Part shown: positions 48,516-58,160 of the stretch, piece after piece
Numbering within the stretch: position 1 is the first letter of the stretch
How the letters are laid out: each line of letters starts with the position of its first letter
From: Candidatus Parcubacteria bacterium
Lineage (GTDB): Bacteria > Patescibacteriota > Minisyncoccia > Phycocordibacterales > JAKAEA01
Assembly (NCBI GenBank): GCA_019661945.1
Contig: JAIFWI010000002.1
Span: 763 to 64,762, forward strand
Direction of reading: 5' to 3'
Length of the DNA stretch: 64,000 nucleotides
Program-made: the position numbers and the translations under genes
Notes under the pieces: generated by a model
Seen by the model: only the letters and a program-made list of their open reading frames with translations
Database searches by the model: none
What the model was told of the DNA's origin: nothing

Positions 48516-49160
48516 ATGCAGGTGACTTCTCTTCATAAAGATATAGATATATTACAGCTCATGCATGGTGACTCTTCACTGCGGTCTATTTATGGAGCAG
48601 GCTGTATCGAGAATCCAAAGGTAATGTTTGTCTTTATGAATCCTACAGCGCGGAATATTTCTGCCCATGTACACTGGAAAGGACTGCGGGCACCCTGGCT
48701 TGGCACAAAGAACGTCTGGAATATATTTCATGAATTGGGTTTAGTATCAAAAGATACATATGAGCGCATCAGAAATATAAAATCTGAAGAGTGGAGTGAG
48801 AATTTTTGCCATTCTGTTTACTCTGAATTAGAGAAACAAAAAGTCTTTGTCACTAATCTTGCAAAGTGTACTCAGTTAGACGCCAGACCCCTCAAGGATA
48901 CTATATTTAGAAATTATCTGGAGCTCATGTTAAAAGAAATTGCATTAATAAAGCCAAAGCATATTATCTCTTTTGGCAATCAAGTAAGCTCGATCTTATT
49001 GAGCAAACCTATATCAGTAAGTACATACAATGGAACTAAGGCAGAAGTGTTAACTATTGATGGTAGGAATTTCAACGTGTATCCTACATATTATCCTGTG
49101 GGTCAAGGCAGAAGGAATATGCCCCTAGCAATAAAAAGAATTAAAGGAATCTTAAAATAA
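48516..49160 (+). CDS. Uracil-DNA glycosylase superfamily protein
   Basis: VMFVFMNP, VFVTNLAKC, IKPKHIISFG, PTYYP. Confidence 0.75.
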   Translation: MQVTSLHKDIDILQLMHGDSSLRSIYGAGCIENPKVMFVFMNPTARNISAHVHWKGLRAPWLGTKNVWNIFHELGLVSKDTYERIRNIKSEEWSENFCHSVYSELEKQKVFVTNLAKCTQLDARPLKDTIFRNYLELMLKEIALIKPKHIISFGNQVSSILLSKPISVSTYNGTKAEVLTIDGRNFNVYPTYYPVGQGRRNMPLAIKRIKGILK

Positions 49161-49214
49161 TTACATTCACCCTAATATTGCCTTTCGAATTATATCAGTA
49201 TATACTTATACATC

Positions 49215-49994
49215 ATGATCGAAATTAAGAATGTCACTAAAAAGTACGGGGACTTCACGGCAGTAGATAATATCTCTCTCAACGTCGAGAAAGGCGACGT
49301 CTTTGCCTTTCTCGGGCCAAACGGAGCAGGCAAGACTACTACGATTAAAATGCTGACAACGCTTTTAAATCCAACCAGCGGTGAAATATATCTTGATGGT
49401 CACAATGTGATGGAAAAACCATCCGAGACCCGAAAATCATTTGGTATTGTTTTTCAAGATCCAAGTCTCGACAATGAATTAACCGCATACGAAAATATGC
49501 AATTTCACGCCATTCTTTATGGTATTTCAAAAGACGTCTACATTGATCGGATTAAAAAATTGCTTGAGCTTGTTGAACTAACTGATCGCAAGGATTCGTA
49601 TGTTAAAACATTTTCCGGTGGCATGAAACGCCGTTTGGAAATTGCACGCGGCCTCCTGCATCATCCGAAAGTTCTATTTCTTGATGAGCCCACCATTGGT
49701 CTCGATCCCCAGACCCGAAATCATATTTGGAATTATGTAAAGAAATTAAACGAAGAAGAGAAGGTGACAATCTTTTTCACCACCCACCACATGGAAGAAG
49801 TGGAGCGCTACGGCCACACTATAGCCATTATTGACCACGGTAAAATTATTGAGCAAGGTACAATAGACGAAATCCGTAAGAAAGCCGGCACCGACAGCAT
49901 TGAAGATGCCTTTATTAAGTTAACCGGCCGGCAAATTCGGGCAGAAGCGTCGAATTTTAGTAAAAGCACCTTACGAGGCTTTAGAGGAATGTAA
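49215..49994 (+). CDS. ABC exporter ATP-binding subunit (DrrA-like)
   Basis: GPNGAGKTT, FSGGMKRRLEIA, LDEPT. Confidence 0.9.
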   Translation: MIEIKNVTKKYGDFTAVDNISLNVEKGDVFAFLGPNGAGKTTTIKMLTTLLNPTSGEIYLDGHNVMEKPSETRKSFGIVFQDPSLDNELTAYENMQFHAILYGISKDVYIDRIKKLLELVELTDRKDSYVKTFSGGMKRRLEIARGLLHHPKVLFLDEPTIGLDPQTRNHIWNYVKKLNEEEKVTIFFTTHHMEEVERYGHTIAIIDHGKIIEQGTIDEIRKKAGTDSIEDAFIKLTGRQIRAEASNFSKSTLRGFRGM

Positions 49995-49998
49995 TTTT

Positions 49999-50745
49999 AT
50001 GCGAACTATTTATATTTTGTGGATTAGACAGTTAAAAAGATTTATTCGTAAGCGAGCGAGCCTTATCGGCGCCCTTGGCCAGCCTTTAATATTTTTGATA
50101 GCTTTCGGCTTTGGTTTAAGTCCTGTATTTGCTCGAGCCGGGCAGGGGAATTACATTCAGTTTATTGGTCCGGGTATTATTGCTATGACTATCCTTTTTA
50201 CTTCTATCTTTACCGGCACCGAAGTTATTTGGGATAAGCAATTTGGATTTTTGAAAGAAACATTCGTTGCGCCTGTATCTCGTTTTGAAATTCTGCTTGG
50301 TAAAACATTGGGAGGCGCAACCGTGGCTGCTATTCAAGGAATTCTAGTATTCTTTATTACTCTGGCAGTTGGTTTCCGACCGCACAGTTTAGTAATGCTG
50401 CCGCTGGCCTTGCTCTATCTCGTGCTCATTGCTGTTTTGTTCTCAGCAGTTGGCGTAGCTATTGCTGCTAGACTTGAAGATATGCAAGGTTTTCCGCTTA
50501 TTATTAACTTTGTCATTCAACCGCTCTTTTATCTTTCAAGCGCATTGTTTCCGGTTCAGGGTTTACCAAAAATTCTCGGATTTATTACTACTATTAATCC
50601 ACTATCATACGGCGTTGATGGTATGCGCTATGCCTTAAGCGGCAGTTCGCATTTTTCTCCATGGCTTAGTCTTGGTGTCCTCTCAGCATTCCTCATTGCA
50701 GCTCTGGCTGTAGGTATTTACCAATTTCGAAGGATTCAGTTATAA
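49999..50745 (+). CDS. ABC-2 permease (DrrB-like)
   Basis: WDKQFGFLKE, NPLSYGVD; 6 TMs. Confidence 0.9.
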   Translation: MRTIYILWIRQLKRFIRKRASLIGALGQPLIFLIAFGFGLSPVFARAGQGNYIQFIGPGIIAMTILFTSIFTGTEVIWDKQFGFLKETFVAPVSRFEILLGKTLGGATVAAIQGILVFFITLAVGFRPHSLVMLPLALLYLVLIAVLFSAVGVAIAARLEDMQGFPLIINFVIQPLFYLSSALFPVQGLPKILGFITTINPLSYGVDGMRYALSGSSHFSPWLSLGVLSAFLIAALAVGIYQFRRIQL

Positions 50746-50787
50746 TAGTATTGTTGAGTTAGTTCATTACTAAGTAATTTTTTATAT

Positions 50788-51213
50788 ATGGGAGTTCCAA
50801 TAAATTATTGGGCAGTGTTGGTGGCAACACTGGTCAACATTGTTTTAGGATTTTTGTGGTATGGACCGATTTTTGGTAAAAAGTGGAGGAGACTCATGGG
50901 CATGACGATAGAGAGTATGGAGAAGATGAAAGCCAAGGGCATGACACAGAGCTATGTGCTTATGATCGTCGGCGCTTTGGTTATGAATTATGTATTGGCT
51001 CATGCCTTGGTTTTTGGTATGACCTACACCGGCATGTACGGAGTTGTTGGAGGCATGACTGGAGCATTTTACTATTGGCTCGGTTTTGCTGCGCCATTAA
51101 CCTTGAGTTCTGTAATGTGGGAAGGCAAGTCATGGAAATTGTGGTTCATTGATGCTGGCTACTATTTGGTGGCTCTTCTCATTGCTGGCGCAATCTTCGG
51201 ATACTGGGTGTAA
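50788..51213 (+). CDS. DUF1761 family membrane protein
   Basis: [32 protein letters not shown]. Confidence 0.85.
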   Translation: MGVPINYWAVLVATLVNIVLGFLWYGPIFGKKWRRLMGMTIESMEKMKAKGMTQSYVLMIVGALVMNYVLAHALVFGMTYTGMYGVVGGMTGAFYYWLGFAAPLTLSSVMWEGKSWKLWFIDAGYYLVALLIAGAIFGYWV

Positions 51214-51776
51214 TGAAAATACGTCCACTTGTTTTGATTGTTCTCGGGCTTCTTATTATTCATGCTGGAATTTTATACTGGATGGGTCAAGTGCCGATCT
51301 GTAAGTGCGGCTATGTGAAATTGTGGCATGGTGTGGTTTCAAGTTCCGAAAACTCTCAACATCTGACTGACTGGTATACGTTTTCTCATATTATTCACGG
51401 TTTTGTTTTCTACTTTTTCTTGTGGCTCATTAACAAAAAATGGCCGATACCATGGCAGATGCGATTATTGATTGCCATTGGTGTTGAAATGGCTTGGGAG
51501 ATTTTTGAAAATACTGATTTTATTATTAATCGCTATAGGGAAGTAACTATTTCACTTGATTATTACGGTGACAGTATTATTAATTCTGTGGCAGATATTG
51601 TGGCAATGATCGTTGGATTCTTGGCAGTGCGAAAAATGCCAATTTGGCTGACTATTCTTTTGATAATTGGCATGGAAGTTTTCGTTGGATATTATATTCG
51701 CGATAATTTAACCCTCAATATTATTATGCTCATCTATCCACTTGAATCAATTCGAGTTTGGCAAATGGCTGGGTAA
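51213..51776 (+). CDS. DUF2585 (UPF0314) family membrane protein
   Basis: [42 protein letters not shown]. Confidence 0.88.
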   Translation: MKIRPLVLIVLGLLIIHAGILYWMGQVPICKCGYVKLWHGVVSSSENSQHLTDWYTFSHIIHGFVFYFFLWLINKKWPIPWQMRLLIAIGVEMAWEIFENTDFIINRYREVTISLDYYGDSIINSVADIVAMIVGFLAVRKMPIWLTILLIIGMEVFVGYYIRDNLTLNIIMLIYPLESIRVWQMAG

Positions 51777-51801
51777 TAAAAAACAACTCTCTCGAGTTGC
51801 C

Positions 51802-52506
51802 TTACGTATACGTATACGGATACTGATCGATGTCGTACCTTTCGGGTACTTGGAGCGATGTGGGATCTTTTCCGTCCCAACTGATGAGACCTTGAACCAC
51901 CATGTTGGTGATGCCAGGCTGATGCTGATGCTCAACTTTGTTTACGTTTGCTGCCAGCGTTTCGGCAGTATCTTCAGGTGAGATATGCACGAAATGTCGG
52001 AAGAAGACTGGGCCGACGTCGTACTGAGTCTTGTCATCGGACGAAGTTTCACTGACGAAGTGCATGCAAGCGGCAGAGTGAGTAATCACTTTACGTCTGT
52101 ACGCCTCAATACTGGCTTCGTGGACATGATGCCCGAACATGTTATGACCACCGAAGTGATCAGGCCGCCCAGGCATTGTCAGATTCCCTGGATGGATGTT
52201 AATCGTTATCCGAGGATCATGACCAGATATGAGCTTGAGCCATCCTGTCAAAGCAACAAGATCAGGCTCGTACCTCTGGAAAATTCCTCGGTATTCTTCC
52301 TCAATGTAGGGACCTTGGAAAGGGATGAATGGAATTCCTAAGCGATCTGCTCTGACTCGGACACCTCCATTGGGATAGTTGCAAACCACCCCAATGATCT
52401 TTGCCTGAAGTGTCCCATTTTTGGTTGCTTCAAACAGCTTCTCCAATCCTGAACCACCACTTGTGGGTGTTCCAGAAGCCAAACCGAGTATGCGTGGTAA
52501 GCTCAT
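51802..52506 (-). CDS. purN: Phosphoribosylglycinamide formyltransferase (divergent)
   Basis: SG.GS.L, LTGWLK, INIHP, G.HVH, HFV...YDVGP; TTGCAA-N16-TACTAT promoter, AAGGAG SD. Confidence 0.8.
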   Translation of the reverse strand: MSLPRILGLASGTPTSGGSGLEKLFEATKNGTLQAKIIGVVCNYPNGGVRVRADRLGIPFIPFQGPYIEEEYRGIFQRYEPDLVALTGWLKLISGHDPRITINIHPGNLTMPGRPDHFGGHNMFGHHVHEASIEAYRRKVITHSAACMHFVSETSSDDKTQYDVGPVFFRHFVHISPEDTAETLAANVNKVEHQHQPGITNMVVQGLISWDGKDPTSLQVPERYDIDQYPYTYT

Positions 52507-52575
52507 GGCGAGCTCCTTCCTGTAAAAGGCCTAGGGTCTATCGATATAGTAATCAAATATATGTAATTTGCAAAT

Positions 52576-52608
52576 AAAAACGCCCCGCAAGAGGCGGGGC
52601 GTTTTTTT
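52576..52608. terminator. Intrinsic terminator
   Basis: AAAAACGCCCCGC-AAGAG-GCGGGGCGTTTTT. Confidence 0.8.
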
Positions 52609-52616
52609 AGGAGTGA

Positions 52617-52802
52617 TTACATCATTTCTTCATCCTCGCTTGATTCAGTTCCGGTACGGCCTTCTTCAGCGGTTGAACCTTCCTCAGATGGTCGGCCACC
52701 GCTGTGGCTTGCCTTACCTCCTTCACTTGCGACACGCTTTCGGGTTTCTTCATCAGCAGAAGCTAATCCTCGCTTGCTGTTTTTGTTTTCGTCATTATTC
52801 AT
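52617..52802 (-). CDS. KGG-motif stress-induced protein
   Basis: RGLASADEETRKRVASEGGKASH. Confidence 0.8.
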   Translation of the reverse strand: MNNDENKNSKRGLASADEETRKRVASEGGKASHSGGRPSEEGSTAEEGRTGTESSEDEEMM

Positions 52803-52984
52803 AAGAATAGATATTAAAATTTATAACGAGAATCTGTGTTCCAAACATTTGTTCAGAACGAAACTACAGACGGCAGCACTCTCGGCTTCTTACCTTGTTG
52901 AGGTATGTAAGAAAGCTGGGCGTCGTTCGTTGTTAAAAACGGGACTGCTCTTTATTTATTAGTACATAATACTAAAAAAATTAT

Positions 52985-53320
52985 ATGACAAGGTTCATAG
53001 CGCTCGGAACATTATCCCTTGTGGTTGCACTGTCACTTGTCGTAGTTCCACTTGTTAATGCCCAGACTTTTGACAATTATACAAGTGCATCTCCGACGGT
53101 TAGTGCTTCACCATCAGTAAGTGCCTCACCGACCATGAGTGCATCTCCGTCAGTAAGCTCAAGCCCTAGTACAAGGGGTGCTACATCAAACAGCACGACA
53201 TCACCAGGTTTGCCAAATACAGGAGTGGGCGGTGAAGCAGCAAAGAATTTGAGTATCTTGCTTGCATCAGGATTAGTTGTTGTTGGAGGCATCATCCTTC
53301 TTTCACGACGAATGGCCTAA
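52985..53320 (+). CDS. LPXTG-anchored surface protein with S/A/P repeats
   Basis: Signal peptide, SASP(S/T)(V/M) repeats, LPNTG, TM, RR tail. Confidence 0.85.
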   Translation: MTRFIALGTLSLVVALSLVVVPLVNAQTFDNYTSASPTVSASPSVSASPTMSASPSVSSSPSTRGATSNSTTSPGLPNTGVGGEAAKNLSILLASGLVVVGGIILLSRRMA

Positions 53321-53400
53321 TGTACGTTTGGTATAGCGGCAAATAACCGTCCCTTCGACTATGCAGAGGACGGTTATTTGTTGCAATAGCAATAGATAGT

Positions 53401-54003
53401 ATGAAAAGAGGTATACGATTTTCAACAATTTTTATCGGGTTTATCACATTATGGGGTCTGGCACTTTTTGTCGGCACCATTCAACGTGCCACAAGCTCAC
53501 CGATTCTCGAACCGGAGGTAGAAATGTCGGAGCAGTATTATTCTATTTCAACTGAAGCTCGGCCCAAGGCTTTGAGTATTCCACGGCTTGAAGTGGATGC
53601 CCAAGTTCAACATGTTGGTATGGCTCGAAGCGGTCGGATGGCCGTGCCGACAAACTATACTGATGTCGGTTGGTATCGTTACGGTGTGAGTCCAGGACAA
53701 AGCGGCAATGCTGTATTTGCCGGCCACCTTGATAATGGGTTTGGCCGGCCTGGAGTTTTTAATCGACTTCAGGAACTTGAGGTAAACGATGATATTTTTA
53801 TTACTAATGAAGATGGGCAGAGATTACATTTTAAAGTTATGAAGACAGAACAGCTATCAGCCGATACATTTTCGACATCATCTGTCTTCACTGGTGATAA
53901 CGGAGCGTTTATAAAACTCATTACCTGCGAAGGACAATGGGATTCCGCTACAAAAACATATTCGGAACGGCTGGTCATTACTGCTCGTCTTATTCCAGAC
54001 TAG
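53401..54003 (+). CDS. Class F sortase
   Basis: VGWY, PG..GNAVFAGH.D, F..L..L, LITC.G, ERLV. Confidence 0.9.
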   Translation: MKRGIRFSTIFIGFITLWGLALFVGTIQRATSSPILEPEVEMSEQYYSISTEARPKALSIPRLEVDAQVQHVGMARSGRMAVPTNYTDVGWYRYGVSPGQSGNAVFAGHLDNGFGRPGVFNRLQELEVNDDIFITNEDGQRLHFKVMKTEQLSADTFSTSSVFTGDNGAFIKLITCEGQWDSATKTYSERLVITARLIPD

Positions 54004-54671
54004 TCGCGATCAATTTTATACCCCCGACCTGGAATGGTGTGAATGAGTTTTGATTTTCTGCGTGTATCTATTTTTTTGCGAATATTTAAGATATGAGCTT
54101 CAATTGTATTTGAGAACGGATCGGTCTCGGCATTCCAGACATGTTCCATAATCATGCCTCGTGAGATGACGATACCCTTATGGCGCATTAAATACTCTAG
54201 AAGAGAGAATTCCTTGCGGGTTAAATAAACACTTTTTTCACCTCGGGTCACTTTTTGTTTGGGAATATCGACAATAAGATCATCAAGGGTCAGAATGTCA
54301 GGTGCGAGAATTGTCGGTCGACGCATCAGTGCCCGAATCCGAGCCATCAGTTCCCGAAAAGAGAAAGGCTTACTCATATAATCATCTGCGCCGGCATTCA
54401 AGAGTCTAATTTTTTCTTGAGCATCAGCCATAACTGAGAGCATCATGATCGGTGTCGTCTTACCGGCAGCCCGAATATCAGTACAAATTGTGCAGCCATC
54501 TTTCTTTGGTAAAGCAACGTCAAGAAGAATAATGTCATAATCATTAGTTCGAGCCATATATGAACCTTTTTCGCCATCTGAAGCACTATCAACAGCAAAA
54601 CTCTCAGCCTCAAGGCTCTGCTTTAGGGAGTCTCGGATCTCTGGGTCGTCTTCAACGATAAGAATACGCAT
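54000..54671 (-). CDS. OmpR-family response regulator (no adjacent kinase)
   Basis: ILIVEDD, GADDYMSKPF, LTRKEF, TIPGRGY. Confidence 0.92.
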   Translation of the reverse strand: MRILIVEDDPEIRDSLKQSLEAESFAVDSASDGEKGSYMARTNDYDIILLDVALPKKDGCTICTDIRAAGKTTPIMMLSVMADAQEKIRLLNAGADDYMSKPFSFRELMARIRALMRRPTILAPDILTLDDLIVDIPKQKVTRGEKSVYLTRKEFSLLEYLMRHKGIVISRGMIMEHVWNAETDPFSNTIEAHILNIRKKIDTRRKSKLIHTIPGRGYKIDRD

Positions 54672-54851
54672 ATCACTATATAAACACGAATTTTAAAAAA
54701 AGCCAGGAACGGTTGGGGAAGGGTCTTCATAAAGATTTTATCTCGTGTTAAGGCCGTGGTTCAGGGTATGGGATTTACAGCAGTTCATGAGTATTTTCTT
54801 CTGAGGTTCTACGCAAGTTTTCCACACTTTGGCGTCATTTTCTAATGTACA

Positions 54852-57770
54852 ATGGAACATACTATGAGTATTTCAATCACCAAGACAGACGGCACCCGAG
54901 TGGCATTTAATGCAGATCGAATTAACCGGTCAATTGAGCGGGCATGTAAGGGGCTGACCAATCCGATTGCTATGGTTACGCAGATTGCGACCGAAACACA
55001 ATTAACGTTGTACGATGGCATCACCGAAGAAGAAATGGATTTTGCGACAATCAATGCTGCTGTTCAAAACATTAAAGAAGATATTGAATATGACAGGGTA
55101 GCAACAAGACTTCTCCTTAAAACAATTTACCGAAAGGTAGTTGGTGATTACGACAAAGATAATCCGGAAGAATTACGTCAGAAACATCGTAATGGATTTA
55201 TTTCCTATGTTAAAAGCGGTGTAGCCAATAAACGCCTCCATCCAGACATGATTGAAAAATATGATTTAGATATATTGGCGAATGCCTTGAAGCCTGAACG
55301 TGATGAACTTTTTAAGTATGCAGGTATTGATGGTTTGATGAATCGCTATGGACTTAAGGATATGAAGCAGCAACCACTCGAGACTCCTCAATATATTTTT
55401 ATGCGTATTGCTATGGGGTTGAGCTACCATGAGGATAATCCAACCCAGTGGGCTATAAAGTTCTACAATAAAATGTCGAAGCATGAGTATCTTGCTGGCG
55501 GTTCAACTAATTTAGGTGCAGGTACGGTTAGACCGGCATTATCAAACTGCTTCTTGCTTGAAATTCATGACAATATGGAGCATATCGCTAAGTCTGTTTC
55601 TGATGTCATGCTTTTGTCAAAAGGTTCAGGCGGCATTGGGGCTTCAGTGACAAAACTTCGGGCTGCTGGTTCACCACTCCGAAAAAACTTTGGTGGTGTT
55701 TCTACTGGTCCAACACCGTATGCAAAAATTATCGATACTGCTATTAGAGCAATTCAGCGTGGCGGTAAGAAAAAAGGTGCCCTCTGTTTTTACATGGAAA
55801 ATTGGCACCTTGATTTTCCGGAATTCATAGATTGGAAGCATAATGCCGGTGATGATTATCTTCGCATGCGTACCGCCAACACTGCTGTCTTTATGTCCGA
55901 TGAGTTTATGCGCCGGGTTCAGAAGGGCGAGGATTGGTATATGTTTGATCCGGTAGAGACGCCTGATCTTAATGAACTCTATGGTCAAGCATTTAGTGCT
56001 CGCTATCGAGAATACACAGAAATGGCAGATGCAGGGAAGCTTCGAACCTATAAAAGAGTGCCGGCGCAGGAGCAATTCAGGCAGATTTTAGTGGCCATGC
56101 AAACAACGTCGCACCCATGGCTGACCTGGAAAGACACTATTAACCTACGCGCGCTCAACAACAATACCGGTACGATCCACATGTCTAACCTTTGTACCGA
56201 AATTTGTCTGCCGCAAGATGAAGAAAATGTTGCTGTATGTAATCTAGCATCACTAAATCTTGCTGCCCATGTCTTTAATAAAGAAATAAATTGGGCTAAG
56301 CTTGAAGACTCAGTTCGAACTGCCGTTCGCCAACTTGATAACCTGATTGATATTAATGTGCTGCCTATTCCTGAAGCTGAAAAATCAGACAAAGAAAATC
56401 GGGCTATAGGTCTTGGTATCATGGGATTTTCGGATACGATTGAACAATTAGGCATGTCATATGATTCAGAACACGCTTGGGACTTTGCTGATCGAATCTT
56501 TGAATTTATCAGTTATATGGCTATTGATGAGAGCGCAAACCTAGCCGAAACACGCGGCAGTTATAGTCATTTCAGGGGTTCCGGTTGGTCAAAGGGAATG
56601 GTACCGATTGATAGTATAAAACAAGTAGAGGAAGATCGAGGACGGGCACTGACTGTTGCTAAGGAAAGCCGTCACAAAGGTCTCAATTGGGATATTCTGC
56701 GAGCTAAAGTTAGAAAAGGTATGAGAAATGCAACATTAATGGCCGTCGCTCCTAATGCCAATATCGGTCTTGTAGCTGGTACTACACCGGGTATTGATCC
56801 GCGCTTTGCCCAAGTTTTCTCTCGCAATAAAATTTCCGGTAAATATCTTGACCTTAATCACAACTTAGTTAAAGATCTAAAGAATATGGGTATTTGGGAA
56901 AAGGTCAGGGAGCAAATTGTCGAAAATCAGGGAGATATCTCAGATATTAATGCTATTCCGCAGCATATTAAGGATGTGTATAAAACATCTTTTACCACTT
57001 CACCTTATGCCTACATTGAAGTTGCCGCTCGAGCCCAAAAATGGGTTGATCAGGCATTGTCGAGAAATATGTATCTCGAAACGCGTGATATTGATGAAAC
57101 AATGCGTATCTATCAGACCGCTTGGGACAAGGGCTTGAAAACTACCTACTATCTGCACATGAAACCACGACACAGTGCTGAGCAGAGTACGGTTGCGGTT
57201 AATAAGTCTCAGAAAATGGGCCGAGTCGGATTCGGAGCAGTCAGAAAGCAAGCAGATATTGCGCCAATGTCATTTGCTTCACCATTGCAGAAAACAATTG
57301 ATATGACTCCAGCGGTTATGGATGAATCGGCTGAAGTTTCTTCAGAACCTCATGTAGAAGAAAACCTAGGCGGCTTATTTGAAAAGGCAGCGCCAGCGGC
57401 ATCTTCATCTCCGCTTGCTTCAGCTACAGCTCACACCACTCCAGTCATGACTGCTCCAGAAATTCGAACTCCGGCGCCTGCTCATACTGCCGAGAAAAAA
57501 ACGCAGGGTTTTAATCAGCCGAAAGCACAGCATCAAGCTCCAGCTGCATTGCCCAAGACAAAAGGTTTTGTCTCACTCGAGAACTTAAAAAAGAATACAC
57601 ATAAAAACAATCAAAATAACCACAAACAGGGGAATAATAAGCAACAACACAAACATCAGCCGCATCAGCAAAATAAATCAGAGTCAAAAAATACTAAGCC
57701 ACACATTTACCGCTCAGCCTCCGGTCCTACTGACCCTGCCGACGCCAACATCTGCGACGATTGCCAGTAA
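54852..57770 (+). CDS. nrdA: Class I ribonucleotide reductase alpha subunit with ATP cone and long low-complexity C-terminal linker
   Basis: ITKTDG ATP cone, SNCFL, SNLCTEI, VCNLAS, KTTYY, terminal CDDCQ. Confidence 0.95.
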   Translation: MEHTMSISITKTDGTRVAFNADRINRSIERACKGLTNPIAMVTQIATETQLTLYDGITEEEMDFATINAAVQNIKEDIEYDRVATRLLLKTIYRKVVGDYDKDNPEELRQKHRNGFISYVKSGVANKRLHPDMIEKYDLDILANALKPERDELFKYAGIDGLMNRYGLKDMKQQPLETPQYIFMRIAMGLSYHEDNPTQWAIKFYNKMSKHEYLAGGSTNLGAGTVRPALSNCFLLEIHDNMEHIAKSVSDVMLLSKGSGGIGASVTKLRAAGSPLRKNFGGVSTGPTPYAKIIDTAIRAIQRGGKKKGALCFYMENWHLDFPEFIDWKHNAGDDYLRMRTANTAVFMSDEFMRRVQKGEDWYMFDPVETPDLNELYGQAFSARYREYTEMADAGKLRTYKRVPAQEQFRQILVAMQTTSHPWLTWKDTINLRALNNNTGTIHMSNLCTEICLPQDEENVAVCNLASLNLAAHVFNKEINWAKLEDSVRTAVRQLDNLIDINVLPIPEAEKSDKENRAIGLGIMGFSDTIEQLGMSYDSEHAWDFADRIFEFISYMAIDESANLAETRGSYSHFRGSGWSKGMVPIDSIKQVEEDRGRALTVAKESRHKGLNWDILRAKVRKGMRNATLMAVAPNANIGLVAGTTPGIDPRFAQVFSRNKISGKYLDLNHNLVKDLKNMGIWEKVREQIVENQGDISDINAIPQHIKDVYKTSFTTSPYAYIEVAARAQKWVDQALSRNMYLETRDIDETMRIYQTAWDKGLKTTYYLHMKPRHSAEQSTVAVNKSQKMGRVGFGAVRKQADIAPMSFASPLQKTIDMTPAVMDESAEVSSEPHVEENLGGLFEKAAPAASSSPLASATAHTTPVMTAPEIRTPAPAHTAEKKTQGFNQPKAQHQAPAALPKTKGFVSLENLKKNTHKNNQNNHKQGNNKQQHKHQPHQQNKSESKNTKPHIYRSASGPTDPADANICDDCQ

Positions 57771-57780
57771 AATTAAAAAA

Positions 57781-58020
57781 TCAGGCTGCTTGTTTCCTAG
57801 ACAAGTGCTTGTATGCTTGGATGAATTTTACTATTTCGAGTTGGGTGAATGAGCGGTGGAGGAAGAGGGGAAGGTTGTGATTTTTGAGGTAGGTGAGGGT
57901 AGAACGCTCGGCTATGGGCTTAATAAAAGCCCTTAATTTGCGGCGTTTTTGGATTACAGGCAATAAATCCCGAGTATCCTCAGCTGTCAGGAGATCGGCA
58001 TTAGCTTTTGGGGTTTCCAT
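57781..58020 (-). CDS. Hypothetical protein antisense between nrdA and nrdB
   Basis: AGGAG SD before ATG; 79 aa; basic. Confidence 0.5.
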   Translation of the reverse strand: METPKANADLLTAEDTRDLLPVIQKRRKLRAFIKPIAERSTLTYLKNHNLPLFLHRSFTQLEIVKFIQAYKHLSRKQAA

Positions 58021-58160
58021 ACTCCTATAGATGGTTTTTTAAGCGTTCTCTTACATTCTCTGCTTCAGACCACATTCGAGAGTATCGTGCAATGTTTCTT
58101 TCACGAGTCTCATCGTCTATAATATAACGACCTTTACATTTATCAGTAATTACTACCCCT

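Noticed and set aside
53080-53170. 18-nt periodic repeats, possible CRISPR or VNTR
   Set aside because: They are degenerate codon repeats of the SASPxV peptide, with no spacers or cas genes
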